In this document: piece after piece, positions 1 through 10,590 of the stretch
How positions within the stretch are numbered: position 1 is the first letter of the stretch
Layout of the letters: each line of letters opens with the position of its first letter
Origin: an uncultured Pseudomonadota bacterium
GTDB lineage: Bacteria > Pseudomonadota > Alphaproteobacteria > Rs-D84
Length of the DNA stretch: 64,000 bases
Direction: 5' to 3'
Assembly (NCBI GenBank): GCA_946613885.1
Contig: CAMOGA010000006.1
Coordinates: 4,309 to 68,308, forward strand
Notes under the pieces: model-generated
Told to the model about the DNA's origin: nothing
Database searches by the model: none
The model's input: the letters and a program-made list of their open reading frames with translations, nothing else
Translations under genes and position numbers: made by a program

Positions 1-1278
1 GCAGAACCATCGTTTTTCTATAAAACAAATAAATTTAAATTCTATGATATAACACGCAAAGATGGCGATATTGATTATGATTTGCGTCCATATCCATCTG
101 AATCAACAGATATAGCAACGATGTCTTTCACATCTGGTTCAACCGGCACGCCCAAGGTTGTGCCATTAACACATTTTAATTTAACAGAATGTGCAAATTC
201 ATTGGAAGATATGGCGGATTATTTTCATTCTGGGGATGTGATGTATGGATTTTTACCACTGTATCATATTTTTGGTTTTGCGATTGGTATTTTGGCAACA
301 GTTCATTATGGGGCATCTTTGGTATTACAACCGACAATCAATCCGAAATATATTTTGGACGATTTCAAAAAATTCCAACCACATGTTATACCGGCTGTGC
401 CGCGTGTGTGGGAATTGTTCCGCAATAAAATTATCGCAACAATGAAAGAACAAAATAAATGGCGCGTTGCATCGTTTATTTTAAGGAATCAAAAAACACT
501 GAAAGATATGGGATTGGATTTTGTTGTTCGCAAAGTCCAAGAACCATTATTGGCGGTATTTGGTGGACGTGCAAAATTGTTAATTGCCGGTGGTGCAGCA
601 ACCAAGCCAGAGGTTGAAAATTTCTATGAATCTTTGGGTTTGGCATTTATTCAGGGATATGGTTTAACAGAAACAGTTGGACCAATCTGCATTTCCAAAC
701 CAACCAGTAAACGTTTGGCATATTCTGTTGGTGCGCCGACATCTAATAACGAATGTGAAATTCGTGATAAAGATGAAAATGGCGTTGGTGTTTTATGGTT
801 GCGCGGACACCAGGTATTTAACGGATATATGAACAATGACGAAGTTAACGCGACAGTATTTGATGACAGGGGATTTTTCAATACTGGCGACATGATGTAT
901 ATGGATAAAAACGGTGAATTGCACTTTGCTGGCCGTAAAAAACAGGTCATTGTTTTAGACAGTGGTAAAAACGTTTATCCTGATGAATTAGAGGCATTAT
1001 TCATGGAAATCGAAGGTGTGAAAAACGTCGCTGTTTTTGAACACAAGGTTGGTGATAAAACGGTTGCATACGGCGTGTTTTCTGTTGACCCAGGTATGAC
1101 CATGGATGAATTGGCACGTGGTATTGCAGAACAAAATAAAAAGGTCGCATCTTATAAATGGGTGACACATTTTGCAATGACCACAGAAGATTTACCAATG
1201 ACCAGCACACAAAAAATAAAACATCACGTTGTGCGAAAGAACTTGATAGATGGTAAATATCCAAATCGTCATGAATAA
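1..1278 (+). CDS. Long-chain acyl-CoA synthetase / AMP-binding enzyme (5' partial)
   Basis: Frame is open from base 1; AMP-binding motifs SFTSGSTGTPK, QGYGLTET, FNTGD, GRKK..I. Confidence 0.9.
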   Translation, partial: AEPSFFYKTNKFKFYDITRKDGDIDYDLRPYPSESTDIATMSFTSGSTGTPKVVPLTHFNLTECANSLEDMADYFHSGDVMYGFLPLYHIFGFAIGILATVHYGASLVLQPTINPKYILDDFKKFQPHVIPAVPRVWELFRNKIIATMKEQNKWRVASFILRNQKTLKDMGLDFVVRKVQEPLLAVFGGRAKLLIAGGAATKPEVENFYESLGLAFIQGYGLTETVGPICISKPTSKRLAYSVGAPTSNNECEIRDKDENGVGVLWLRGHQVFNGYMNNDEVNATVFDDRGFFNTGDMMYMDKNGELHFAGRKKQVIVLDSGKNVYPDELEALFMEIEGVKNVAVFEHKVGDKTVAYGVFSVDPGMTMDELARGIAEQNKKVASYKWVTHFAMTTEDLPMTSTQKIKHHVVRKNLIDGKYPNRHE

Positions 1279-1282
1279 TAAT

Positions 1283-1305
1283 AAAACCGGCAATCGCCGG
1301 TTTTT
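1283..1305. terminator. Bidirectional intrinsic terminator
   Basis: AAAACCGGC-AATC-GCCGGTTTTT between convergent genes; identical core at 3956-3982. Confidence 0.85.
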
Positions 1306-2596
1306 ATTTTCCTAAACATAATTGTGAAAATGTTATATCTGCGATTTCATTGGTTGTAATTACACCCAATATTTTTCCAACACAATCAGATGCACGGCGA
1401 ACATGTTCTGCAAATATATCGTAATTGCCATCATATTTGTTTATAGCATTTTCTAATTCATTAATTGTATCATTTAATAATTCATATGTCCGTTCGTTAA
1501 TTGCAATCTTGGATTCTGATGCACCCATCAATTCATGCATTTTGTTTTTTATCGCATCCAATAATTTATCAAACCCCGTATCAGTTTTTACAGATGTATA
1601 AATTACATTTTTATTTGTTTTATTTTTCAATAAATCAGATTTGTTTATAATTGTAATTCCATCTGATTTTATTTTTTTTGGTAATTCGTTATAAACGTAT
1701 AAAATCAAATCAGCATTTTTGATTTCATCATGTGTGCGTTCAATTCCTATTTTTTCAATGGTATCATTTGAATCCCGGATTCCTGCTGTATCGGACAGGT
1801 TGACCAGATACCCATCTATATCAATCTGCATCGATACAACATCGCGTGTTGTTCCTGCAATATCAGAAACTATCGCACGATTTGAACCGACCAGTTTATT
1901 AAATATAGACGATTTTCCAACATTTGTTTCGCCAACCAGAACAATATTAAATCCGTTTTGAATTGCACGCGATGCACGTATGTTTAATATTGATGATTGG
2001 ATTTCGCTTAATAATTTTTTTGTTTTATCAATGATTTTTTTATCAATATTTGCCGGTAATTCATCATCGGCATAATCCAAAATTGCCGCAGCATACGCAG
2101 ATATTTCAATCATCTGATTACGCCAATTATTATATATCTTTGAATCATGACCGGTTAAAGATTTTAATGCACTCTGTCTTTGTTTGTCTGTCTGTGCATT
2201 AAGCAGGGCAATCAACCCATCAACATCGGTTAAATCCATTTTATTGTTATAGAACGCACGCCGTGAAAATTCACCACGTTGTGCAATGCGTGCGCCAAAA
2301 CCACGTAAAAATTCAAACATCTTATCAATCACCGCGGGTGCACCATGCGAATAGATTTCAATCACATCTTCACCTGTGAAAGATTGCGGTGCGGCAAAAA
2401 ACACAACAACGCATTGGTCAATCAAATCGCCATTATCATCACACAGATTTGTAAAATATGTATGACGTGCATCAAATTTATCTTTTTTAATAATACGTTT
2501 AAATAATTTTGACAAATCATCGCCACTGACCCGTATAACTGCAACACCTGATTTTCCAGGGGCAGATGACAATGCAAATATTGTATCGTTATTCAT
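1304..2596 (-). CDS. mnmE: tRNA modification GTPase MnmE/TrmE
   Basis: DTIFALSSAPGKSGVAVIRVSG, GEDVIEIYSHG, GETNVGKSS, AGTTRD, DTAG, C-terminal CLGK; ATG 2596 chosen over GTG 2611. Confidence 0.96.
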   Translation of the reverse strand: MNNDTIFALSSAPGKSGVAVIRVSGDDLSKLFKRIIKKDKFDARHTYFTNLCDDNGDLIDQCVVVFFAAPQSFTGEDVIEIYSHGAPAVIDKMFEFLRGFGARIAQRGEFSRRAFYNNKMDLTDVDGLIALLNAQTDKQRQSALKSLTGHDSKIYNNWRNQMIEISAYAAAILDYADDELPANIDKKIIDKTKKLLSEIQSSILNIRASRAIQNGFNIVLVGETNVGKSSIFNKLVGSNRAIVSDIAGTTRDVVSMQIDIDGYLVNLSDTAGIRDSNDTIEKIGIERTHDEIKNADLILYVYNELPKKIKSDGITIINKSDLLKNKTNKNVIYTSVKTDTGFDKLLDAIKNKMHELMGASESKIAINERTYELLNDTINELENAINKYDGNYDIFAEHVRRASDCVGKILGVITTNEIADITFSQLCLGK

Positions 2597-2600
2597 TTTG

Positions 2601-3170
2601 TTATTTACCACTAATTTCTTTCAATGCCAACGGAACCAATCTAGACACATCTGCATCTGGATTTTGTGATACTAACTTTTGCGCCATATCAATTATATCC
2701 ATACGGCGATATCCCAAAGATTCCAATGCCGCCAACAAATCGGGCAGAGCCCCACCGGCATCAGATGAAAAATCAAAACTGCCGCCACCCATTTTGTTCT
2801 TTAATTCGACAATGATTTTTTCAGCAACCTTTTTGCCAACACCCGGTGCAGTTGCGATTGTTTTTGCATCCCCAGTTGCAATTGCAGACATCAAAGTTTC
2901 TGTTTTTATTGTTGCCATGATTGCCATTGCAACCTTTGGACCAACGCCAGATACAGTCGTCAATTGGTTAAACAAATTTTGTGCCGCAATGGTTGAAAAG
3001 CCGAACAAACGTATAGAATCTTCGCGGACAATTGTTTCAATCCACAGCGAAACATTTGATTTCAATGACAGAATTTCTGAGGTGTAAACTTTGTATCCAA
3101 CACCGCCAACCATTAAAATTACAAAATCGTTTCCGATATAATCAATTACACCTTGCAATTTTCCAATCAT
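2601..3170 (-). CDS. ruvA: Holliday junction branch migration protein RuvA
   Basis: MIGKLQG, GGVGY, VRED...LFGF, helix-hairpin-helix VSGVGPK and PGVGKK, C-terminal ALESLGY. Confidence 0.96.
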   Translation of the reverse strand: MIGKLQGVIDYIGNDFVILMVGGVGYKVYTSEILSLKSNVSLWIETIVREDSIRLFGFSTIAAQNLFNQLTTVSGVGPKVAMAIMATIKTETLMSAIATGDAKTIATAPGVGKKVAEKIIVELKNKMGGGSFDFSSDAGGALPDLLAALESLGYRRMDIIDMAQKLVSQNPDADVSRLVPLALKEISGK

Positions 3171-3220
3171 TTGTTATCCTTTTATTGCAATTTTAATACA
3201 ATTAAATCAAAAGGTCAAAT

Positions 3221-3937
3221 ATGAGTGGACACAGTAAATGGCACAACATCCAACACAAAAAAGGATTGGTTGATGCAGCACGCAGCGGTTTGTTTACAAA
3301 ACTGGCGCGTGAAATAACAATGGCGGCAAAATTGGGTGATAAAAATCCAGATAATAATCCGCGTTTGCGTTTGGCAATTTTACAGGCGCGTAAAAATTCA
3401 ATGCCTAATGACAATATTAAACGTGCGATTGAAAAGGCATCTGGCGCGAATACTGATAATTTTGTCGCAGTAAGATACGAAGGTTATGGCCCAAATGCTG
3501 TTCCTGTTATTGTTGAGGCATTAACAGACAATCCACGCAGAACAGTGCCAGAAATTCGTAATATTTTTGCGAAAAACGGTGGAAATATGGGCGAAGAGGG
3601 CTCGGTTGTGTTTATGTTTTCACACGTTGGTCAAATTATGTATCCTGCGTCCATCGGCAAAAGTGAAGATGAAATGATGGAATTGGTGATGGAGGTTGAT
3701 GCAGACAATCTGGAATCATCCGAAGAAGGTTTTATCATCACAACGAAACCAGACAATTTTATGAGTATTCAAAAGGCACTGGCAGATAAATTGGGCGAAC
3801 CTGAAAATGCAGAATTAACATGGGTTCCAAATATGCCTGTTGATTTGGATGACGAAGCATATGCCAAAATTGAAAAATTGGTTGATGCGTTGGATGCCAA
3901 TGATGACGTGCAAAAGGTGTTTACTGCTGCGGCATAA
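3221..3937 (+). CDS. yebC: YebC/PmpR family protein
   Basis: MSGHSKWHNIQHKKG, NPRLRLAI, YEGYGP, TDNPRRT. Confidence 0.96.
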   Translation: MSGHSKWHNIQHKKGLVDAARSGLFTKLAREITMAAKLGDKNPDNNPRLRLAILQARKNSMPNDNIKRAIEKASGANTDNFVAVRYEGYGPNAVPVIVEALTDNPRRTVPEIRNIFAKNGGNMGEEGSVVFMFSHVGQIMYPASIGKSEDEMMELVMEVDADNLESSEEGFIITTKPDNFMSIQKALADKLGEPENAELTWVPNMPVDLDDEAYAKIEKLVDALDANDDVQKVFTAAA

Positions 3938-3955
3938 AATTATAAAACCATATTT

Positions 3956-3982
3956 AAAAAACCGGCAATCGCCGGTTTTTTT
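3956..3982. terminator. Bidirectional intrinsic terminator
   Basis: A6-CCGGC-AATC-GCCGG-T7 between convergent yebC and secB. Confidence 0.85.
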
Positions 3983-4002
3983 ATTTTTATTATCTTTTTT
4001 TA

Positions 4003-4455
4003 TTATTGATTTGCAGGTTTTTGTGCCTGAGATTGTTGTTTTTGTCTTTGTTCGTATAAATCTGCAAAATCAACAACTGGCATTACAAATGGTGGAAAAC
4101 CAGATTCAGCGGTTAAACGTGTCACCATTGCACGAACAGATGGGAACAACAATGTTGGAACATCAATCAATAATGTTCTTTTTTTGGTTTCTTCGTCTTT
4201 TTCTTCGTATTGAACCATGCCAGAATATGTAGATTCAATTAAAAATACAGTTTTATTGTCTTTTTCGATTTTTGAATGAACTTTGCAAATCAAATCAACC
4301 ATAAATAAATTGTTTTCTGCACCTTTGATATTAATATCAATGTTCATTTCTAATTTTGCCGGGTCATTTTCTTGTTTAAAGAATAATTCTGGGACATTTG
4401 GGCTTTCGAACGAGATGTCTTTCATGAATTGGGATATAATATTAAACTTAGGCAT
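4003..4455 (-). CDS. secB: Protein-export chaperone SecB
   Basis: QFMKDISFESPN, PTLLFPSVR, GFPPFVMPVVDF. Confidence 0.92.
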   Translation of the reverse strand: MPKFNIISQFMKDISFESPNVPELFFKQENDPAKLEMNIDINIKGAENNLFMVDLICKVHSKIEKDNKTVFLIESTYSGMVQYEEKDEETKKRTLLIDVPTLLFPSVRAMVTRLTAESGFPPFVMPVVDFADLYEQRQKQQSQAQKPANQ

Positions 4456-4537
4456 GTCATTTGCTCCTTTTTTTATGCTTCGTTTTATGATAATATAGCA
4501 TTATGAAATAGATTTTACAAGTGGGGGGATGATAAAA

Positions 4538-5629
4538 ATGTCAAAAATGTTTGATTTGTTGAAATTAGTCGGTTTTATGGGGGTTGTTGCAATTGCAGGG
4601 TGTGATTTGTCTGCGCCAACACATGTTGGGGATAATTCAAAAATACCGTCTAATTTACGTGCGGTATCATATTCTGAATTGCCGGGCTGGCATGATGATG
4701 ATGTGCGTTATGCATTGCAGGCATTTAGAAATACATGCAAAGCAAAGATACAATACAAGGGTTCTGTGATTCCTGATTCTGAATTATTACGTGAGAAATG
4801 CAATATGTTGCCGTCTGCATCTGCGGATGTAAAAACGGTGCGCGCATGGTTTGAATCGCATTTCCAACCCTACCAAGTGTTTAATGAAAACGGTGGAAAA
4901 ACCGGAACATATACTGGTTATTATTCCCCTGTGATTGACGGATGCCGTACGAAAACATCAAAATGTAATGAACCGATTATGGGGGTGCCGGTTAATGGTG
5001 CAAATTACAAGGGTGTTGCCAAACGTGATATTGTTAACAAGAAAATAGGGCGCATTTTATATTGGGCAAATATCGTAGATGTCCAAAATTTACAAATCCA
5101 GGGCAGTGGTATGTTAAAACTGGAAGATGGTACATTGGTTAAACTGAATTTTGGTGCGGTTAATGATATGCCGTTTAAATCAATTGGTGGTCAATTACAA
5201 CAACGCGGAATTAAACCTGCGGGTGGATATAGTGCTGATGCAGTATGGACGTATTTAAAACAAAATCCAACATTGGCCAAAGATGTTATTTATAACAATC
5301 CACGATATGTTTATTTTTATGAATCAGATCAAAAAAGTGTAATTGGAAAATTGGGAACGCCTTTATCAAAAATTCGTAGTATTGCAATGGACGATACACT
5401 GTATACATTGGGTTTGCCTGTATACATCAATACAACATTATCAGATGGGCGTGCATTTAATCGTTTGATGATTGCCCAAGATACAGGTGGCGCAATACGT
5501 GGTTGGATACGTGCAGATATATTCTTTGGCTCTGGGGACGAGGCATATCGTGTTGCCCACGGTCAACATGCCCAGGGACAAATGTTTATTTTGATGCCAA
5601 AGGAATATACTTATGTCAAACCAAGATAA
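4538..5629 (+). CDS. mltA: Membrane-bound lytic murein transglycosylase MltA (lipoprotein)
   Basis: Lipobox AIAGC; YTGYYSP, LQIQGSG, NPRYVYF, QDTGGAIRG..RADIFFG; alternative start 4529. Confidence 0.92.
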   Translation: MSKMFDLLKLVGFMGVVAIAGCDLSAPTHVGDNSKIPSNLRAVSYSELPGWHDDDVRYALQAFRNTCKAKIQYKGSVIPDSELLREKCNMLPSASADVKTVRAWFESHFQPYQVFNENGGKTGTYTGYYSPVIDGCRTKTSKCNEPIMGVPVNGANYKGVAKRDIVNKKIGRILYWANIVDVQNLQIQGSGMLKLEDGTLVKLNFGAVNDMPFKSIGGQLQQRGIKPAGGYSADAVWTYLKQNPTLAKDVIYNNPRYVYFYESDQKSVIGKLGTPLSKIRSIAMDDTLYTLGLPVYINTTLSDGRAFNRLMIAQDTGGAIRGWIRADIFFGSGDEAYRVAHGQHAQGQMFILMPKEYTYVKPR

Positions 5630-5948
5630 AAAAATAAATCTGGATATTCGTAAAAACAGACCGCAAACATTGGCGGCGGCGTTTGGCGGATTGATGGAAA
5701 TTTTTGGCGTACGTTCGTCTGATGCAGATTTGGCAAAAAATTGGAAAAATATTGTATCCAGTGATATTTATAATATTGCAAATGTTGTCGCGGTAAAAAA
5801 AACTAAAAATGGAAAATTTAATATAGTTTTAAGACCAATATCACCGGCATTTGCGCTGGAATTATCATACAAGATTAATGATTGCAAATCGCAAATCAAT
5901 AAATATTACGGACATGATGCGGTTGCAAAAATAACAATACGGAAATAA
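5613..5948 (+). CDS. DUF721/DciA family protein
   Basis: L..NW.NIV, ALELSY.....K.QIN.YYG..AVAKI pattern; 17-bp overlap with mltA. Confidence 0.7.
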   Translation: MSNQDKKINLDIRKNRPQTLAAAFGGLMEIFGVRSSDADLAKNWKNIVSSDIYNIANVVAVKKTKNGKFNIVLRPISPAFALELSYKINDCKSQINKYYGHDAVAKITIRK

Positions 5949-5950
5949 TT

Positions 5951-6427
5951 ATGAAACGAATTTTGGGCATTGACCCAGGACTTTTACATACAGGATGGTC
6001 AATTATAGATATCGCGGGTTCAACCCGTAAATATATTGCCAGTGGTGTTATTTTACCGCCAACAAATATACCGTTTGCAGAACGTTTGGCATATATATTT
6101 AATGGCATATCTGATATTTGCGAAAAATGTCAACCAGATGAATGTGCAATTGAAATAATTTTTGTTAATAAAAACAGCAAAACAACATTATTGTTGGGAC
6201 ATGCGCGTGCTGCGGCGATTACATCTGTGGCGGTCAGAAATATACCTGTATTTGAATACGAGGCAAACAAGATAAAAAAGGCATTAACCGGCGTGGGACA
6301 CGCAGATAAAGACCAAATATACAAAATGTTGTCTATATTATTGCCAACGGCGCACCCAAAAACAAATGATGAAAGTGACGCAATTGCGATTGCACTGACA
6401 CATGCAAATACGTCTAGGTTTGAATAA
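5951..6427 (+). CDS. ruvC: Crossover junction endodeoxyribonuclease RuvC
   Basis: ILGIDPG, AIE..FVNKN, GHAR, KKALTGVGHADK.QI, DESDAIAIA. Confidence 0.96.
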   Translation: MKRILGIDPGLLHTGWSIIDIAGSTRKYIASGVILPPTNIPFAERLAYIFNGISDICEKCQPDECAIEIIFVNKNSKTTLLLGHARAAAITSVAVRNIPVFEYEANKIKKALTGVGHADKDQIYKMLSILLPTAHPKTNDESDAIAIALTHANTSRFE

Positions 6428-6479
6428 AAATATGTTTTAAAAATATTTTTATGTGATATATTTATACTACGAGAATAAA

Positions 6480-7691
6480 ATGGGCAGGGAAAAATACATT
6501 TCTATTAAAAAACATGTGACCGGATATTCGTTTGCGAATCTGGGATTGTTTACTGGTTTTGCCAGCAGTGTTATCAACGCAGTATATTCGCTGATTTTAT
6601 TTGAAATATTTAAAACATTTTTTAACGAAGAATTGGCATCCAGTATGGTTGGTTGGTACGCCGCAATTACTGCAATTTTTTGTATGTTCGTAGGATTTTT
6701 TTCTAACCAGATATTACATTGGTTCACAAAATCCAGATTATTATATATCGTTTTGACGACTTTGGGGTTGTGTTATTGTATGATGAGTTTTTCTATAAAG
6801 CCCGGAACATTTATAACTTTGGATTTCATAGCACTGTTTGCTTATACTTTATTAAGTTTATTATTGCCATTATTTATATCTGAATTTTCACGTGGTATTG
6901 GTATGGAAAAATTAAATGCGCGATATTTACTGTGGGTGAATATCGGGGCATTAATCGCGCCAATGTTTGCGATGTGGGTTGTGTCGTTTTTTTCTGGTAA
7001 TTACAGAATGCCATTATTGGCGGCAGGTATGGTTTATTTCTCTGGATTGTTGTTTTTTAAACATTTTGGTATTGTTCAGGCAGATAAAGTTATTAAATCT
7101 GTTAATATGCGTAAAACGTTTCGTGCGTTGCGTATAACCGCAGTTGCATTTTTCAAAAAACCGGGGATGTTGCGTGCGTATGTTGTTAATTTTGGATATT
7201 ATGCCCTGCGTGCGATGCGTTTGTTGTATGTTCCGATTGTTGTTATTGAAAAGGGTTTTTCAAATGAAACATTGGGTATGATATTATCTTTGGGGATAAT
7301 ACCGTTTATAGTTGTTGAATCTTTTATCGGAAAATTGATAAAGAAATATGGTGTTAAAATTTGGTTAACAATTGGTTTTGTATCGTTCGCAGTATTTTCA
7401 ATATTGGCAACGTTTATATCAGGATATCCGCTGTTGGCAATATTTGTCTTGTGGCAAATTTCCAGTGCATTTATGGAGGCATCACATGATTTGTTATTCT
7501 TTAACGATATGCCCAAAGAACAACAATCGCGATTTTATGGTGTTTTCAGAACCAGTGTAAATTTGCCCAGTGTTATTGCACCAATATTGGGGGGTGTATG
7601 TATTGCGGTATTTAATTCAACGTCCGCAGTATGGTTGATAACCGCAACAATGGGGATTTTATCAACTGTTGTTTTATGGTCACGAAAATAA
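6480..7691 (+). CDS. MFS transporter
   Basis: ~400 aa with about 12 hydrophobic segments in two halves. Confidence 0.75.
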   Translation: MGREKYISIKKHVTGYSFANLGLFTGFASSVINAVYSLILFEIFKTFFNEELASSMVGWYAAITAIFCMFVGFFSNQILHWFTKSRLLYIVLTTLGLCYCMMSFSIKPGTFITLDFIALFAYTLLSLLLPLFISEFSRGIGMEKLNARYLLWVNIGALIAPMFAMWVVSFFSGNYRMPLLAAGMVYFSGLLFFKHFGIVQADKVIKSVNMRKTFRALRITAVAFFKKPGMLRAYVVNFGYYALRAMRLLYVPIVVIEKGFSNETLGMILSLGIIPFIVVESFIGKLIKKYGVKIWLTIGFVSFAVFSILATFISGYPLLAIFVLWQISSAFMEASHDLLFFNDMPKEQQSRFYGVFRTSVNLPSVIAPILGGVCIAVFNSTSAVWLITATMGILSTVVLWSRK

Positions 7692-7757
7692 AATAATACC
7701 CCTTGCGTTATGTATTTTTTCTTTGTATGATTTGAATACAAAAGAAAGGGGTTTTAT

Positions 7758-8834
7758 ATGGCAAAAAAAGAAGCAGTTAAAGAAACTACATCTGCGAAAA
7801 ATCCTGCATTGGAATCTGCATTGGCGCAAATCCAAAAGCAATTTGGCAAAGAAGCCATTATGAAAATGGGGGATGGTTCGCAACAGAATATTGAAGCAAT
7901 ATCATCAGGTTCGCTTGGTCTGGATATTGCATTGGGAATTGGTGGTTATCCACGTGGTCGTATTGTTGAAATTTATGGGCCTGAATCTTCGGGTAAAACA
8001 ACATTGGCGTTGCATGCGGTGGCTGAGGCACAAAAGAAAGGCGGCACATGTGCATATATTGATGCAGAAAACGCATTAGACCCTTCGTATGCAAAAAAAT
8101 TAGGTTGTAATGTTTCTGAATTGATTATTTCACAACCGGATTCTGGTGAACAGGCATTGGAAATTGCAGACACATTAATTAAATCTGGTGCGGTTGATGT
8201 TGTTGTGGTTGATTCTGTGGCGGCTCTGGTACCCAAGGCAGAATTAGAAGGCAACATTGGCGATACTTTTATGGGAACAACGGCACGTTTGATGTCGCAA
8301 TCTTTGAAAAAATTGGCTGGCTCTGTTTCGCGCAGCAACACATTGTTAATCTTTATTAATCAAATTCGTATGAAGATTGGTGTTATGTTTGGAAATCCAG
8401 AAACAACATCTGGCGGTAATGCGTTGAAATTTTATGCATCTGTCCGTCTGGATATTCGCAGAACTGGCGCAATAAAAGACAAAGAAAACATAATCGGAAA
8501 TGAAACGCGTGTTAAAATTGTGAAAAACAAGGTTGCACCACCGTTCCGTACTGTCGATTTCAAAATCATGTATGGCGAAGGTATTTCACGTATCAGTGAA
8601 ATACTGGATATGGGTGTAAAATATAACTTTATCGAAAAGGCAGGTTCGTTTTATTCGTATAACAGCGAACGCATCGGCCAAGGCGAAGCCAACGCGCGTC
8701 AATGGTTAAAGGATCATCCAGATGCACAATCTGAATTGTTGGAAAAAATTATGGCGCGTGCAAATGGAATAGCTGAAGAAATGACAACTGGTCCAATTGA
8801 CGATGAAGATACAGAAACTATATCAGAAGAATAA
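7758..8834 (+). CDS. recA: Recombinase RecA
   Basis: [52 protein letters not shown]. Confidence 0.99.
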   Translation: MAKKEAVKETTSAKNPALESALAQIQKQFGKEAIMKMGDGSQQNIEAISSGSLGLDIALGIGGYPRGRIVEIYGPESSGKTTLALHAVAEAQKKGGTCAYIDAENALDPSYAKKLGCNVSELIISQPDSGEQALEIADTLIKSGAVDVVVVDSVAALVPKAELEGNIGDTFMGTTARLMSQSLKKLAGSVSRSNTLLIFINQIRMKIGVMFGNPETTSGGNALKFYASVRLDIRRTGAIKDKENIIGNETRVKIVKNKVAPPFRTVDFKIMYGEGISRISEILDMGVKYNFIEKAGSFYSYNSERIGQGEANARQWLKDHPDAQSELLEKIMARANGIAEEMTTGPIDDEDTETISEE

Positions 8835-8841
8835 AAAATCG

Positions 8842-8860
8842 GGGCGGCATAATGTCGCCC
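8842..8860 (+). terminator. GC hairpin after recA without U-tract (weak terminator or mRNA-end structure)
   Basis: GGGCGGCA-TAA-TGTCGCCC, followed by AGTAATTT rather than a T run. Confidence 0.4.
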
Positions 8861-8892
8861 AGTAATTTATTAATAAACCAAGGGGGATACAA

Positions 8893-9798
8893 ATGGGATT
8901 GATGCGAACATTGGCTTTGACGGACATTATAATTCGTGGACATATTTTAGTGCCACTGTGGTGGTCGCGTGAACACAGACGTGCGGCCAGATGCAAGGTT
9001 TTAACATCTGCGATACCGCGTTATTTTAAACGCTATCTGCCTGCGGCGGCTGCAATTCCAGAACGCAAGGTTGTCAAAGATGATAAAAATGAAAAGATTT
9101 TTACATTGTGGTTACAGGGCGAAGATAATGCGCCACCTTTGGTCAAGGCGTGTTTCAGAAGTATTCGTAAACATTGTAAACAAGAATTAATTGTTCTGGA
9201 TGAAAATACAATTTGGGATTATATAACATTACCACAAGAGATTGTTGAAAAACGTCGTGCTGGTAAAATTAAACACGCGCATTTTGCAGATATTTGTCGT
9301 GTTGAATTGTTATATGAACATGGTGGTTTTTGGTTGGATTCAACTGGCTTTGCAACATCACCAATACCAGATTGGATTATTAATGAAGATTTCTTTGTTT
9401 ATATGGCTGGACAAAATGTTGGCTCGCCATATTCATATATGCAAAATTGTTTTATCCGTGCGCGCAAGGGTGCATATTTACTGGATGCGTGGCGTGCGAT
9501 GATTTTGGATTATTGGATGCACGAAAATCATAACTTTGATTATTTTATGCATCAATTGTTATTCAAGACCTTGGTTGAAAATGACGAGCGTGCAAAAAAA
9601 TATTTTGCACAAATGCCACACGTTAACCAAGATCCAACCCATGCATTATGGTGGGCATATGGTGACAAACCATTTGATAAAAAGGTTTTTGATAACGTCA
9701 CCAAAGATGCGTTCTTTCAAAAAACAACATACAACAGTCCATGGGCTAAACATATAGTCCCTGGGACTTTTGCAGATGAAATGATAAATAAAATGTAG
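8893..9798 (+). CDS. Capsular polysaccharide synthesis protein (Caps_synth, DxD glycosyltransferase-like)
   Basis: IFTLWLQG...AP.LVKAC..SI, HFADICRVELLYEHGGFWLDST, YFMHQL. Confidence 0.85.
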   Translation: MGLMRTLALTDIIIRGHILVPLWWSREHRRAARCKVLTSAIPRYFKRYLPAAAAIPERKVVKDDKNEKIFTLWLQGEDNAPPLVKACFRSIRKHCKQELIVLDENTIWDYITLPQEIVEKRRAGKIKHAHFADICRVELLYEHGGFWLDSTGFATSPIPDWIINEDFFVYMAGQNVGSPYSYMQNCFIRARKGAYLLDAWRAMILDYWMHENHNFDYFMHQLLFKTLVENDERAKKYFAQMPHVNQDPTHALWWAYGDKPFDKKVFDNVTKDAFFQKTTYNSPWAKHIVPGTFADEMINKM

Positions 9799-9807
9799 GG
9801 TGATTCT

Positions 9808-10575
9808 GTGGCAAAAATATCGGTAATTATTCCTGTGTATAATGGCGCAAAATTTTTGTCGCGTTGTTTGAACACATTACAAAATCAGACATTTTCTGAT
9901 TGGGACGCTGTATTTATAGATGATGGTTCTGTTGATGAATCTGGAAAAATTTTGGATGGATTTGCAAAAATCGATAAACGCATAAGTGTTGTTCATAAAA
10001 AAAATGGCGGTGTATCTGCGGCACGTAATGATGGTATAAAACATGCCACAGGTGAATATATTCACTTTATGGATGTTGATGATGAAATAGACAATGATTA
10101 TTATGAACGTTTATTAACATATTCAGATGATGCAGATATTATTTGTTCTGGATTCGTATCAAACAGTAAATATTCATCAAATTTGATTTATAATCATCAA
10201 CATATTGCAAAAACTTTGTTTGGAAAATTATTTTGGACACAGGCATTAATTAAATCTTTTGTTTGGCGTTATTTATTCAAAACAGATTTTATCAAACAAA
10301 ATAATTTGCGATTTGATACATCCCTGATTTCCCAAGAAGATGCAGTGTTCGTTTTGCAATCTTTTGTGTTTGCCAATCATATAATTATCGTTCCAAATGC
10401 TAATTATCATTATTTGTTTAATAATAATTCTGCATTAAACAACAGGGATGCAAAACATCGTGCAAAATTAAAGCAACAATATAAATTTGGTAAACAGTTC
10501 AGAAAACAATATGCCAAAGAAAACAACGTAATGTTTTTATGGCGGTTCAGAAAATTTATAAAATTATTCTTTTAA
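9808..10575 (+). CDS. Glycosyltransferase family 2
   Basis: KISVIIPVYN, IDDGSVD, NGGVSAARN, FMDVDD, ED. Confidence 0.92.
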   Translation: MAKISVIIPVYNGAKFLSRCLNTLQNQTFSDWDAVFIDDGSVDESGKILDGFAKIDKRISVVHKKNGGVSAARNDGIKHATGEYIHFMDVDDEIDNDYYERLLTYSDDADIICSGFVSNSKYSSNLIYNHQHIAKTLFGKLFWTQALIKSFVWRYLFKTDFIKQNNLRFDTSLISQEDAVFVLQSFVFANHIIIVPNANYHYLFNNNSALNNRDAKHRAKLKQQYKFGKQFRKQYAKENNVMFLWRFRKFIKLFF

Positions 10576-10590
10576 CAATGGGGACAACAT

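Noticed and set aside
7692-7757. LexA box upstream of recA
   Set aside because: No GTTC-N7-GTTC / GAAC-N7-GAAC or CTGT-N8-ACAG motif seen.
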